From positions 3,680,001 to 3,744,000 of the forward strand of contig OZ001293.3 in the NCBI GenBank assembly GCA_963921275.4: a stretch of DNA of 64,000 nucleotides. Reading direction: 5' to 3'. Shown here piece after piece: positions 22,323 through 33,471 of the stretch. The position numbers and the translations under genes are program-made. This DNA comes from an uncultured Hormoscilla sp. (GTDB lineage Bacteria; Cyanobacteriota; Cyanobacteriia; Cyanobacteriales; Desertifilaceae). Within the stretch, counting starts at the first letter, position 1, and each line of letters begins with the position of its first letter. The notes below the pieces were generated by a model. The model was not told the DNA's origin. It ran no database searches and saw only the letters and a list, made by a program, of their open reading frames with translations.

Positions 22323-23891
22323 ATTAGGGGTCGAGCTGTCCCTCGCGGGACAACCCTCCCGTTCGGAACCGTGCATGCGACTTTCACCGCACACGGCTAC
22401 TGGGTGCCAGGCCCTTTTCATGGGTAGGTAACTTTTGGATTACTCCCGTTGTCCCTTACTACTTACATGTTTGCCCCTTTCCTGGTTGGTGAGTGGCGCT
22501 GCCGGAAAACCTTTAGGATCACCATTTACATATCCGTTTTACCAGTAATACATTCCGAAATCCTCAACTCGCTTTCGCTAGCGCTGTGAACGGGCTTATG
22601 ACGTTTTAAGGCTACTTATACCAGTAGTTTCCTGACATCACCGACCCGCGTCTGCGTATCCATAGGCATTACCCTAGGCATTAGCTTCTCGGGCCATCTT
22701 TCCCACACGTGGCTTACGCTTCACATCTGACTGGTCCTACTGGACAGCTCACGTGGGGTTACTTCGTTCCCTGATATCATTTCACGATGTCATTAGGTCT
22801 CCACTATACCCCGGTAGTTCTTCGAGCACGATATTGGTCAAATGAAATAACCAATACTAACTACTTTCCCTTTTGGGCTAGCGCATTAAGCCTTATTTCG
22901 CTGGTTGAATGTTACGAGGTTTACATGAATTTGCTTGTTCTGACCTTAGGGCGTGTCATCAGTTAAGCCAAACAACAGTAGCAGCCAGGTAGATAGCACC
23001 CAAGAAATTCTGAGCCCTCTTATCGTAACGGGTGGCAATGGCTCGATATTGCTTGAGTTTGGCAAAAAAATTCTCAATCAAATGACGTGCTTTGTATAGA
23101 TATTTGTCATAACGGCGTTGTTCTTTTCGATTGGATTTAGGCGGAATCACAGGTTCGCATTGCTGGGCCTCAAGACGTTTCAAAACCCGTTCGTCAGCAT
23201 CAGAAGCTTTGTCTGCGAGTAACGCATCAGCCTTAATATTATCAAGTAACACATCAGCCCCTTCCAAATCGTGAGCTTGACCGGCTGTTAAATGAAAACC
23301 CGTTGGGTTCCCCAATGCGTCACAGGTCGCGTGAATTTTGGTACTCAAACCCCCTTTACGGCGTCCGATGGCTTGGTCGCAATCTTTTTTTTGAGCACCT
23401 GCACTATGTTGATGAGCCCTTTATATCGTGGCATCAATCATCGCATATTCGTTATCGGCATCGGACGCAAGTACCTTGAATACTCTTTCCCATACCCCGG
23501 ATTTTGACCACCTACTATGGCGCGTATGAATTACCCTCAAGTCCCCAAATCGCTCGGGTAAGTCCCGCCAAGGTATCCCAGCTCTATATCGATACAAGAC
23601 AGCATAGACAAATAAGCGGTTATCCTTAGCTGTCCCCCCCACATAACCCTCCCGACCTGGCAATAGGTCCCTGATTCTCTCCCACTGGTCATCTCTTAAA
23701 GCATAGCGACGCATTTCTCAAATTCTCCTGCTCTAACCTTTACCCTCTTAGATCACACCAATATATCCTGGTTGTCAACTCAATCATCTTGTTATATATT
23801 TTTGGTGGGGACCCATATCGTTAATCTAACTGATGACACGCCCTAGACATCTTTCCTAGCGGCGTCGCCGACTTAGGCTGTCAGCTATCCT
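22323..23891 (-). mobile_element. ORF-less group II intron, 5'-truncated, interrupted by IS5
   Basis: Minus-strand DV AGCCGTGTGCGGTGAAAGTCGCATGCACGGTTC and DVI ending CCCCTAAT; body homologous to 32226-33063. Confidence 0.8.
22949..23843 (-). mobile_element. IS5-family (IS427-like) element, two-ORF transposase
   Basis: TIR GGGCGTGTCATCAGTTA; ORFs 23421-23714 ([14 protein letters not shown]) and 22959-23348 (LLADKA, IENFFAKLKQYRAIATRYDK); premature stop at 23421. Confidence 0.88.
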
Positions 23892-24591
23892 AGGATAGCT
23901 GGTAGCCTAAACTGGTGACTCCGCTAGGAAAGATGCCCAAGGTTAGAAGAAGCGAACCTATGAGAGCCTCGTAATTTAGAACCGGCGAAATAAGGCTTTA
24001 TGCGCCGGAGACAAAAGTCACAGTAGTTAGTGTTAGCTTTTGTCCTTGGCTAACATCGTACTCAAAACAACTACCGGGGTGTAGTAGGAACCTAAAGGCA
24101 TCGCGCTCCGGAGACCAGGGAACGAAGTAACCCCTCGTGAGCTGTCCGTTAGGACGAGTGAGATGTGAAGCGTATGCCACGAGAGGGAGCCCAAGCCTGC
24201 CCCCAAGAAGCAAATGCCTGGGGTAATGCCTGGGACACGCCGACGTGCGGTGAGGGTGGGTGATAGTAGGAAGTCTCGGGTTGAAAGTAACTCTAAAGGT
24301 GTTATGAACCGTTCACTGGCGTATTAGTGAAAGCGAGTCGGTGGTGAGGTATAGATTACTGGTAAAACGGGCTTGATAATGGTGATACTAATGATACTAA
24401 AGGTTACCCGGCAGCGCCACTCATCAACCAGGAAAGGAGCGAAATCGCATGAGACAAGGGACAATGGGAGTAATCCAAAAGTTACCTGCCATTGACAAAG
24501 GGCCTACTACCCAGTAGCCGGATGCGATGAAAGTCGCATGTCCGGTTCCGAATGGGAGGGTTCCGAAGCGATTCCCAGCTCGACCCCTAAT
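23892..24591 (+). mobile_element. ORF-less group II intron, 5'-truncated
   Basis: DV AGCCGGATGCGATGAAAGTCGCATGTCCGGTTC, DVI ending CCCCTAAT; homologous to 32396-33063. Confidence 0.8.
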
Positions 24592-24610
24592 AAATTGATT
24601 ATCAACACTG

Positions 24611-25620
24611 CCATGACTCAAGATTATACAGATGTCCGATACCGAAGTTTGTCAATTGTTGTTCAATGCCATTCACTCCCGAGAATCTAATTTAGCGGAT
24701 AAGGTACAACTCCTAGACGGAGAAATTTTCAAACTATTACCCTTGATTGGCTTGCAACTAATGTCGATTATTTTGAGCTACTTAAGTTCTCAACTGACTC
24801 CATATGACTTGGAAAAAGGGTATCAAGTTCACCGTCACATAGGAGTAAAATATGGAGTGCTTTTTGGTCCGATAGAAGTAGAATCACCCTATATGTGGAA
24901 CCGCCAAAAAAAACAGGGGACTCCTCCGGTCAAAAACCAATTAGGCATTACTGATGTCGGGCGTTCTCCAGCTAAGATAAAAGCTATGGCTGCGCCACGC
25001 TACGCGATGCGCGATTGGTATCTTTGGGAATCAATCAATCAACAAGCGGCTAAACAATTTGAACAACACTATGGATGGAATAAAGATCGCTATCGAGTGA
25101 TAAGAGCGGTAGCCAAAATCGCTCCCCTTGCAGAGGAGTATGTTTCTCAACGACTAGAGCGTTCAAGAGCAGAAGATAATAAACCCCTCGATGTCAAACA
25201 AGGAGTTGAGAACATTTTGGTGGAACTTGATGGCTGTGCTGTCATATTCGCACTGGTATCTTTCAATCAGCTCAAAATCAACAGTTAACAATATTACGGC
25301 AAATTCCTTCAAAAAAGCGTACAACATAGTGCCTTGAAGTCAGTGTTGGTTTGGCTCGCCCACTTCAAAGAAAAATGCACTTTTGTGGCTAAGATGAGTA
25401 AGTATCCTCTTGTTGTAAATCAATTGGTAAGTGCAGCAATAGATCAAGGGATGTCGCTACGAGCGTAACGTCTATGCAGTCAGAGATGGTGGGAATGGGC
25501 TATGCTCAGAACTAGAGAAACAATTTGATAACTTGCAATTTATCCTAGATCGTTGCCATCTCAAACAACATCTTTATGAAACCGCTGATACGCAGTGCGC
25601 GACGCAGGATCGCTAGCTCT
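24611..25620 (+). pseudogene. ISKra4-like transposase remnant
   Basis: LFGPIEVESPY, ILVELDG, DGGNGL, QFILDRCHLKQHLYE fragments. Confidence 0.6.
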
Positions 25621-25919
25621 GGGGGTAGAAGGAAGCCAAAAACAGAATTTGGTAAATGAAGAACTATCGTAACTACTCACAGCAACAAGTAGGGCTTGTT
25701 GAGAAAGGGAAAAACCCCGCAATTCTCAGCCCGAGAAACTGTCAAGTAGATTGCCATTAATCACGGAGCGCAGCCAGGAAAAAGTGGGGCTTAAAAAGCA
25801 TGATAAACAGAGCAATTCCAAGCCGGAGCAAGTATCAAGTAAATTTCATTCGGTCCCAGGCCGCTACTGGCAAGAAGTAGGGCTTGAAGAAAAGGAGATA
25901 AATTCCAAGCCCTCGGCCC

Positions 25920-27400
25920 TGTGTTAAGTAGATTGCCAGGCGGACCACGACCAGCCAAAGACAAAAGTTCACAGAGGCTAGCGCTCGCCGAACCTCCTTG
26001 CAATCCTGTAGTCTCTAAGAAGCTAAACATCATTGCAACCAACTTAGCGCCCCAAGCACTTCTAGCGCCACCACTAACTTGGCGATGTACTACTAGAGGA
26101 CGTCGCGAGCGCATCATTGTTATCAGGTTTAACTTCCTATGGGAGTTAAAAATGTGAACCACTCATTCCCATGACCTTCGAGTTTTAGGCCGCGTCTTTG
26201 GGCGTCTGCTGGCCATCCAGCAGATGGCGGTTTAGCCAAAATTGCGTTGCGCTTCTACAGTAGGAGGTTTTTGCGCTCTGTTGTTCAAGACTCAATAAAC
26301 CGGTGTGAAGTCGGTGATCAGCTTTTCTAGCTGTCCATAAAATTTGCTTAATCTGTTGTGCAAAATCAACATTCGCGGCCAAGCGACTGGTTAAGAGAGC
26401 GTCCAAATCTCCTTCTAGGTGAGCCAAGCATTTCTGTTTGGCCGCCGCTGTGGACCATAGGCGCTAAAACAATCACTGGTCAGAATACCGTCAAAATTTT
26501 CTGGGAGTAACTGTTTCAGTTCGGCGCTACCACGGGTTGGAGCCAAAAGCAGAACGTTGGTCACTGGTGGCTACCCATAACCAATACTTAATCCCATCAA
26601 TGCCATAAGTTGTCTCCTCCACAGAGCCCACAGCAGGTTTTTGTACATAAGCTAGCCACTTTTGATAACTTGGCTCTCAACTTTCGCGCTTTCCATCGGT
26701 GCATCGAAGCTAAACTACCTTGGGAAATTGCTATAGCCAATACATGTTCGACAAAATACTCTTGCTTTCGCCAGGTCAGGTTGCCACCATTCAAGCGCCA
26801 ACCAACAACACTGCATAACCTACCGCCATAACTAAACCCTTCCTTGACTCCCCACGGCAAAGGAGCATATCCAGACCAACCAGATGAGGGGCATTGGCAA
26901 CGAGGACGCTGGTATTCTCTGATTTCTACTGGTTGCTCTAGCAGTTCTGCGATTTGTTGAACTTTCTTGGGAGCACCTGTCACCGGCTCTACCTGGGCTC
27001 CACAAGTGGGACAAGCTACAGGCAATAGCTGTTCTGTGCGATCGGGTTCTCCAAATCCCGGAGCTTGTCTTACCACAGTGATTATCTTTAGGACCGCCTT
27101 TTTTACCTTTTTTACCCTTGCTAGGGGCTGAAGGTTTTTTGAGAAGGTCTTGTGAGGGGGGGACAGAACTGTTTTGAGACGACCGGTTTTTCAGTTTCTT
27201 CAGCTCGGAGGAGAGTTGTAAATTTTCCTAGAGCCTCTAGTTCTTTCTGTTGCTTCTCAATTCTAGCCTGCTGTTGTTTGAGCAGTTGCTGCTGCTTGAC
27301 CATCCACTCGATCACCAGCAGATAGTTCGCCATCTCGTCAGCAGGGATGGCGGAGGTCATCTGTGAGGTCTGTAGTGCAGCAGTAAAGGTCATATAAGCT
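25920..27400 (-). pseudogene. IS66-family transposase pseudogene
   Basis: Homologous to 3642-6445 (YAPLPWGVKEGFSYGGRL, VHRQVSGGARS); many frameshifts. Confidence 0.85.
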
Positions 27401-27455
27401 AGTATACCCCAAGGGGAGCCTATCTCTGTCAGCCGAGGGGAAGTTGTACCCTAGT

Positions 27456-28501
27456 AGACATCTCCAAAAATCAAACCCTTGTCAGCTCTTGGTTTTAAGC
27501 TCTACTGGGTTTTAAGCTCTACCTCCCATGCTCACATATGTTACTCAAACGGCAGAATCGGGGTTTGATAGATTTCCTGTTAATAAAGAGCTCCAAAGGT
27601 GGTACTGGTTAATCTCAAGTTTTTCAGAGCTATCAACAGATTCTAATACTTCTAAAATTCACGCAATCTAACCAACCCAACTTTTGTCAAAATTACCGAT
27701 TCATATTTATCAATATTTAACCGAAATCGCTCGCTGGCAACCCGGAAAATTTTTACCAATGACCTGTTCAACGAAAACGGGAAGAAAAATCTCTATTTTA
27801 TTCTTTTTGTTTAGCTGTTAATTCCTGTTTTTTCGGTTGTTTTTATTTGAGGTTCTCCAATATAGGCTTTATCCCCTGCAAAAATTTGATCTGGATCGAA
27901 AACGACGCTCGCAAGATTTATATCGCTTGCTGGGCCTCTTTCTCCAGATACAACATTGACAAGATATGCACGCTACCAGGTAAAACAATTAATTGATTTT
28001 TCAAAGTATTTCTTCTTACCTGAGTAAAACTTTTTCTGCTCTTCATAGTCTTTAGGTCTTGGTATGGCTTGCGCTATCGACTATCAACTCATATTCTGTG
28101 TTTGGATAAATATTCTTCATCTTCTCCATTTTTTTTGTTCAAGTAAACGGCAAAGCGGAAAAGATCTTGCAATAATTAAAAATATCATTAGCTTTCACTC
28201 AAAAAGTATACCTAATACTTGGAATGTTAATCCTCGACACATCAAAGTTTATTTGCTCTTCTACTAATAATTTATGTTTCGCCCCCACTACGTATCAATC
28301 TAGTTTTGTGTTCTTCCACCTTTTCTTTATGATTTTTATCCAACAGCAATTGCAATAAGTTGTATTAAGTTTTCATAGCTGATACCGATGAGCCGTTTTG
28401 CTTCTTTAGGCTTGGCTTGCAAATATGTCCAGGTAATACTCGTCACAAAATTAAATTTTCAAATCTTATTATAGCATAAATTTCTATTTTGGAGATGTCT
28501 A
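27456..28501 (-). mobile_element. IS5/ISL2-like (DDE_Tnp_4-type) element, degraded
   Basis: Ends TAGACATCTCCAAAA / TTTTGGAGATGTCTA; IVDSASHT, FYSGKKK, FAGDKAYIGE fragments. Confidence 0.7.
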
Positions 28502-29374
28502 GGGTGTGTCATCAATCAAATTGCTTGACAGAAGTAGATGGATACGGTATGGAGTCCTTATCCAGCAATAACAATCAAGAGGGCATGATATGAGACGCTA
28601 TGGCTTGCGAGACGACCAGTGGGAACGGATCGAACACCTTTTACCTGGTAAAGAGGGTGACCCAGGCGCTACAGCCAAGAACAATAGATTATTCGTGTTC
28701 TGCCGTGTTATATCGATATCGTGCTGGCATTCCCTGGCGGGATTTACCGGAGTGTTTTGGGGATTTTCGGGTTGTTCATACCCGCCATACCCGTTGGTCT
28801 GAAAAGGGAGTTTGGAAGCAGGTATTCGATGTCTTGGCCTCAGACGCCGATAACGAATACGCCGCGATTGATGCCACCATCCTGCGTGCCCATCAACGAG
28901 CGTGCGGGTGCAAAAAAAAACACCCTCAGATACGTGCGAAACCCAAGCCATAGGCCGTAGTAAAGGGGGACTATCGACAAAGATTCATGCCACTTGCGAT
29001 TGCCCAAGGCAATCCCACAGGATTTCATCTTACCCCTGGCCAAGCCCACGACGGGAAAGGCGCTGACGTGCTATTGGATAAAATCGGTGAGATTGGCGCG
29101 CTGCTTGCAGATAAAGCCTATGATGCGGAACAACGTGTGCTCGAGCGCCTGAAAGAGGCGGATTGGATGGCTGTCATTCCTCCAAAAAGTAACCGCACAG
29201 AACACAGAGAATACGATGAAGAAATGTACAAGTGGCGGCATCTAATTGAAAATCTATTCCAAAAACTCAAGCAATACAGGGCTCTGGCGACACGCTACGA
29301 TAAAACCGCTCGCAATTTCTTGGGTGGCATCTACCTCGCGGCAGCTGTAATATGGCTTAATTGATGACACGCAC
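28502..29374 (+). mobile_element. IS5-family (IS427-like) element
   Basis: TIR GGGTGTGTCATCAAT / [29 protein letters not shown] and ADKAYD...RYDK ORFs with extra frameshifts. Confidence 0.85.
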
Positions 29375-29520
29375 TAGTCCTGAGAGCTGAAATTCTTATA
29401 TGGCAATGGTAGGGAGCGATTTTACACAGTGGATGTTTATAGCAATGAACAAGTTATCCATTCTCAATAAGCTTTATTTATTGCTGTGAGCAGTTACAGT
29501 TTTAGCAGGCCAAGTAAGCT

Positions 29521-29967
29521 GTGCGTTACGAGTACCCCAAGGAAGCAGATTACATCATCCGGGATGTCATGCATCTGTTAGAATCAGCGGGAGTGCAGTT
29601 AGTTTTCTTCGGTCACTCCCATTTGTGGAATCGCTTTGTTAGTCCCAGCGGGATGCATTTCCTAGAAACTTCTAATGTCGGCAATAGTTACAGTTCTTCT
29701 CTCGATCAACAGCGTTCTGTACCTGCTGGATATCGCGAGGAGTATGTGGCGACGGGAGATCCTAATGGTTTAGAACCTGTCGTGCCAACTCTTGCCCCAC
29801 TCAGAGGAGAAGATGGCTGGGTTTTGCCTTATATTGCTAGTAATGATATCACGGTTTTCAGTATTTTGGATACGGGAAATGGGATGGTGAGTAGCTATTA
29901 TTTCGATACTCGTCAACCTGATGGAGATGTAGTGAAGTTCGATGAGTTTAGACTCAAGGTTGAGTAA
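29521..29967 (+). pseudogene. Metallophosphoesterase C-terminal fragment
   Basis: VQLVFFGHSHLWNRF, FLETSNVGNSY; N-terminal domains missing next to the IS. Confidence 0.65.
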
Positions 29968-30103
29968 CACCTCCCGTTATAGCTAAGGAGAAAAAGAGCG
30001 CTCGCCCTTTTCTCCCGTCGGGCGAGCGGAATTGGGGTTGTAGTATTTGTGGGAAATTAAAGGAAAATAGGTAGAGAAATAGCTAAGGTAGGGAGATTAG
30101 CAG

Positions 30104-30529
30104 ATGGCGAAGGAAAAGCGCTCCGAACCGGGAGAAGATAGACTAGACAGGATAGAAGCGATCGTTGAGAAGAACACAGATGGGATCATTGACTTGAGAC
30201 AGGTGGTCAGTAACCTGGTAGAGACAGCAAAGCAACATCAGCAAAAGATCGAGAAGAACACAGATGGAATCATTGACTTGAGACAGGTAGTCAGTAGCCT
30301 GGTAGAGATAGCAAAGCAACATCAGCAAAAGATCGAGAAGAACACAGATGCGATCGTTGACTTGAGATTGGCGGTAAGTAGCCTGATAGAGACGGCTAAC
30401 TAGCATCAGCGCAACTTTGAAGCAAGTCAGCGCAACTTTGATTTGATTATGTCTGAGATCCGAGAAATGAATGCGAAAATAGCCTCCCAGAGTCAAGATT
30501 TTCAAGTCATGCATTCTGAGATCAAAGGC
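30104..30529 (+). pseudogene. Small coiled-coil protein with 63-nt tandem repeats and an internal stop
   Basis: EKNTDGIIDLRQVVSxLVExAKQHQQKI repeated about 3 times; TAG at 30401-30403 followed by an in-frame coiled-coil continuation. Confidence 0.6.
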
Positions 30530-30703
30530 TTGCAGATAGAAAACAGACGCATTCTGGATCATTCGTTCGGCCAGCAAAATAATGGTTAAGCTGAGGCTTG
30601 AGAAGGGGGCGATATTCGCCTCTAGCTAACTACAACAAAAGGCGATCGCCCGACTGTAGTCTTTGCGGGGAGACTGCCGATCTAGGTCACCCTGGACGGA
30701 CAA

Positions 30704-31975
30704 GTGTTGCAACCGGAACAGGCGACAGCAGGGGTTAACCCTGCTTTTGATTTGATCGGACTTACTGAGTTGCGCAATGACCCCCAGTTTGCTGACATTG
30801 ATGGCAGTGGCGTGACTGTGGCGGTTATTGATACGGGTTTGGACCGCACTCACTCTCTGCTGGAGGGAAATTATATCACGGGGGTTGATTTTGTTAATGG
30901 CGGAACTAACCCAGTCGATCGCATCGATCACGGCACTCATGTGGCGGGGATAGTTGGCGCTAGCGATGAAAATATTGGCGTCGCCCCGGATGTGGGTTTG
31001 ATCGGACTGCAAGTGTTTGAACCCAATGGTAGTGCTTACAACCCGACGATCGAGGATGCCTTGGAATGGGTGTTAGAGCACCGCGAAGAAGATAATATCG
31101 TGGCGGTGAATATGTCTCTGGGCAGTGGGTTCTTTAGTTCGGAGTCGCGGGTGTTTTTTGATATCCTTAAGGATGATGTCCAGCGCCTGGAAGATGCTGG
31201 CATTACTGTGGTCTCGGCGGCTGGCAATGACTATAAGGACAATGAATATGGAAACTTGGCAACCCCGGCGATTTATAGTACTCTGGCGGTAGGGGCGGTC
31301 TAGCAGGATGGTACTACCTCTCGCGTCCGCTGGCAAAATGGGGCACGAGATAATTCGACGGGGACCGATCGCATTGTCAGTTTCAGTCAGCGTCTGGATG
31401 CGCAGAATGTAATTTTTGCTCCGGGGGCTTTCATTAATAGTACAGTGCCCGATAACAGAACTGAAGAGTCAGCGGGCACCAGTATGGCATCGCCAATGGT
31501 AGCAGGAACTGTCGCCCTGATGCAAGAGGCGGCCCTGGAGTTTGGCGGGCGTCTGCTGTCCCCAGATGAGGTGCTCGAAATTATCACTTCGACGGCAGAT
31601 AGCATCTTTGATGGGGATGATGAAGACGATAACGTCAATAATACAAATCGATCTTACCCTCGGTTGAATGTTTATGAGGCTGTTAAGGAAATTCAGCGCC
31701 GCTTTACCGAAAACGCACCCCCTCCGACTACAAGCGATAGCGGTGACTCTAATGGGACGATCTCCGCTTTGAGGTATCTTCTGGGGGGAATGTGACGATC
31801 GAGGTAGCCTCCCACAGCCAAAACCCTGATAATTTTGATAGCTTGCTGCGACTGTTAGACCGCTTTGGCAAGGAAATTGCTTTTGATGATGATGGCGGGG
31901 AGGGGACTTTCTCGCGCCTGGATGTTTCTCTCGACCCAGGGGTTTACTATGTGGAGGTGAGTGGTGATAATAAAA
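30704..31975 (+). pseudogene. S8 subtilase with C-terminal PPC-like domain, pseudogene
   Basis: VAVIDTG, HGTHVAG, AAGN, GTSMASP; TAG at 31301; DDDGGEG...LDPGVYYVEVS; truncated by an RT fragment. Confidence 0.85.
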
Positions 31976-31979
31976 GAGC

Positions 31980-32096
31980 AAACTGACAGTAATCAGGTAT
32001 GCTGATGATTTTGTGGTAATGCACGATGACAAAGAGAAGATAGAAGAAGCGCAGACGGTCATAGCAGAATGGCTAGGGAGGATTGGGTTAGAGCTT
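31980..32096 (+). pseudogene. Isolated group II intron RT fragment with YADD
   Basis: KLTVIRYADDFVVMHDDKEKIEEAQTVIAEWLGEIGLEL, close paralog of 19816-19932. Confidence 0.8.
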
Positions 32097-32225
32097 ACGC
32101 ATGTAGAGCCAGTATCGGACCGCTCCGGCACCCTTCAACCATTCTAACTTAACAACAAAAGACGCGACTAGAGCAGATCGGATATAAAAAGATAGGCATA
32201 GAGTAAACCCACCCTGCGGTGGGCA

Positions 32226-33063
<838 letters not shown>

Positions 33064-33471
33064 CTTACCTACTGGACCACCAACAAGTGTCTCCTAGTCT
33101 TGGAGACACAACTGTCCGACAGCCGCAGAGTTTTAATATGTAGGGTAGGCACCATCGGGTGCCTTACCGCTACCGGTGTTTTCTCAAGCTGTCCGGACCG
33201 AAATATTTCTGCTATCCCCGCCGTGAGCACGACCTCAGGAGCATGCCCGTAGCCCAGCCGACAAGATCCCGAGTCCATCCCCCAAAGCATATTGCCTGTG
33301 TCCCAGTCAAGGCTCGAAGAATACAATATTTAATTACCCCTAATGCTTGACACAGGGGTGAGAAAAGAGCAAATCACCTGGAGTCTCAAGCTCACACTTG
33401 TAAAGGGAGCACAGCATCACCAAAAGGAAACGTAGACGTTCGATATTAAGCTGCTATCTCACCGAATCCCT

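Noticed and set aside
30160..30400. Tandem repeats as a non-coding array
   Set aside because: They are in-frame coding repeats of a coiled-coil protein with no unique spacers.
32208..32225. Class C intron targeting of a terminator hairpin
   Set aside because: Only one of the intron copies follows a hairpin, there is no T-tract, and the ~840-nt RNA is larger than typical class C ribozymes.
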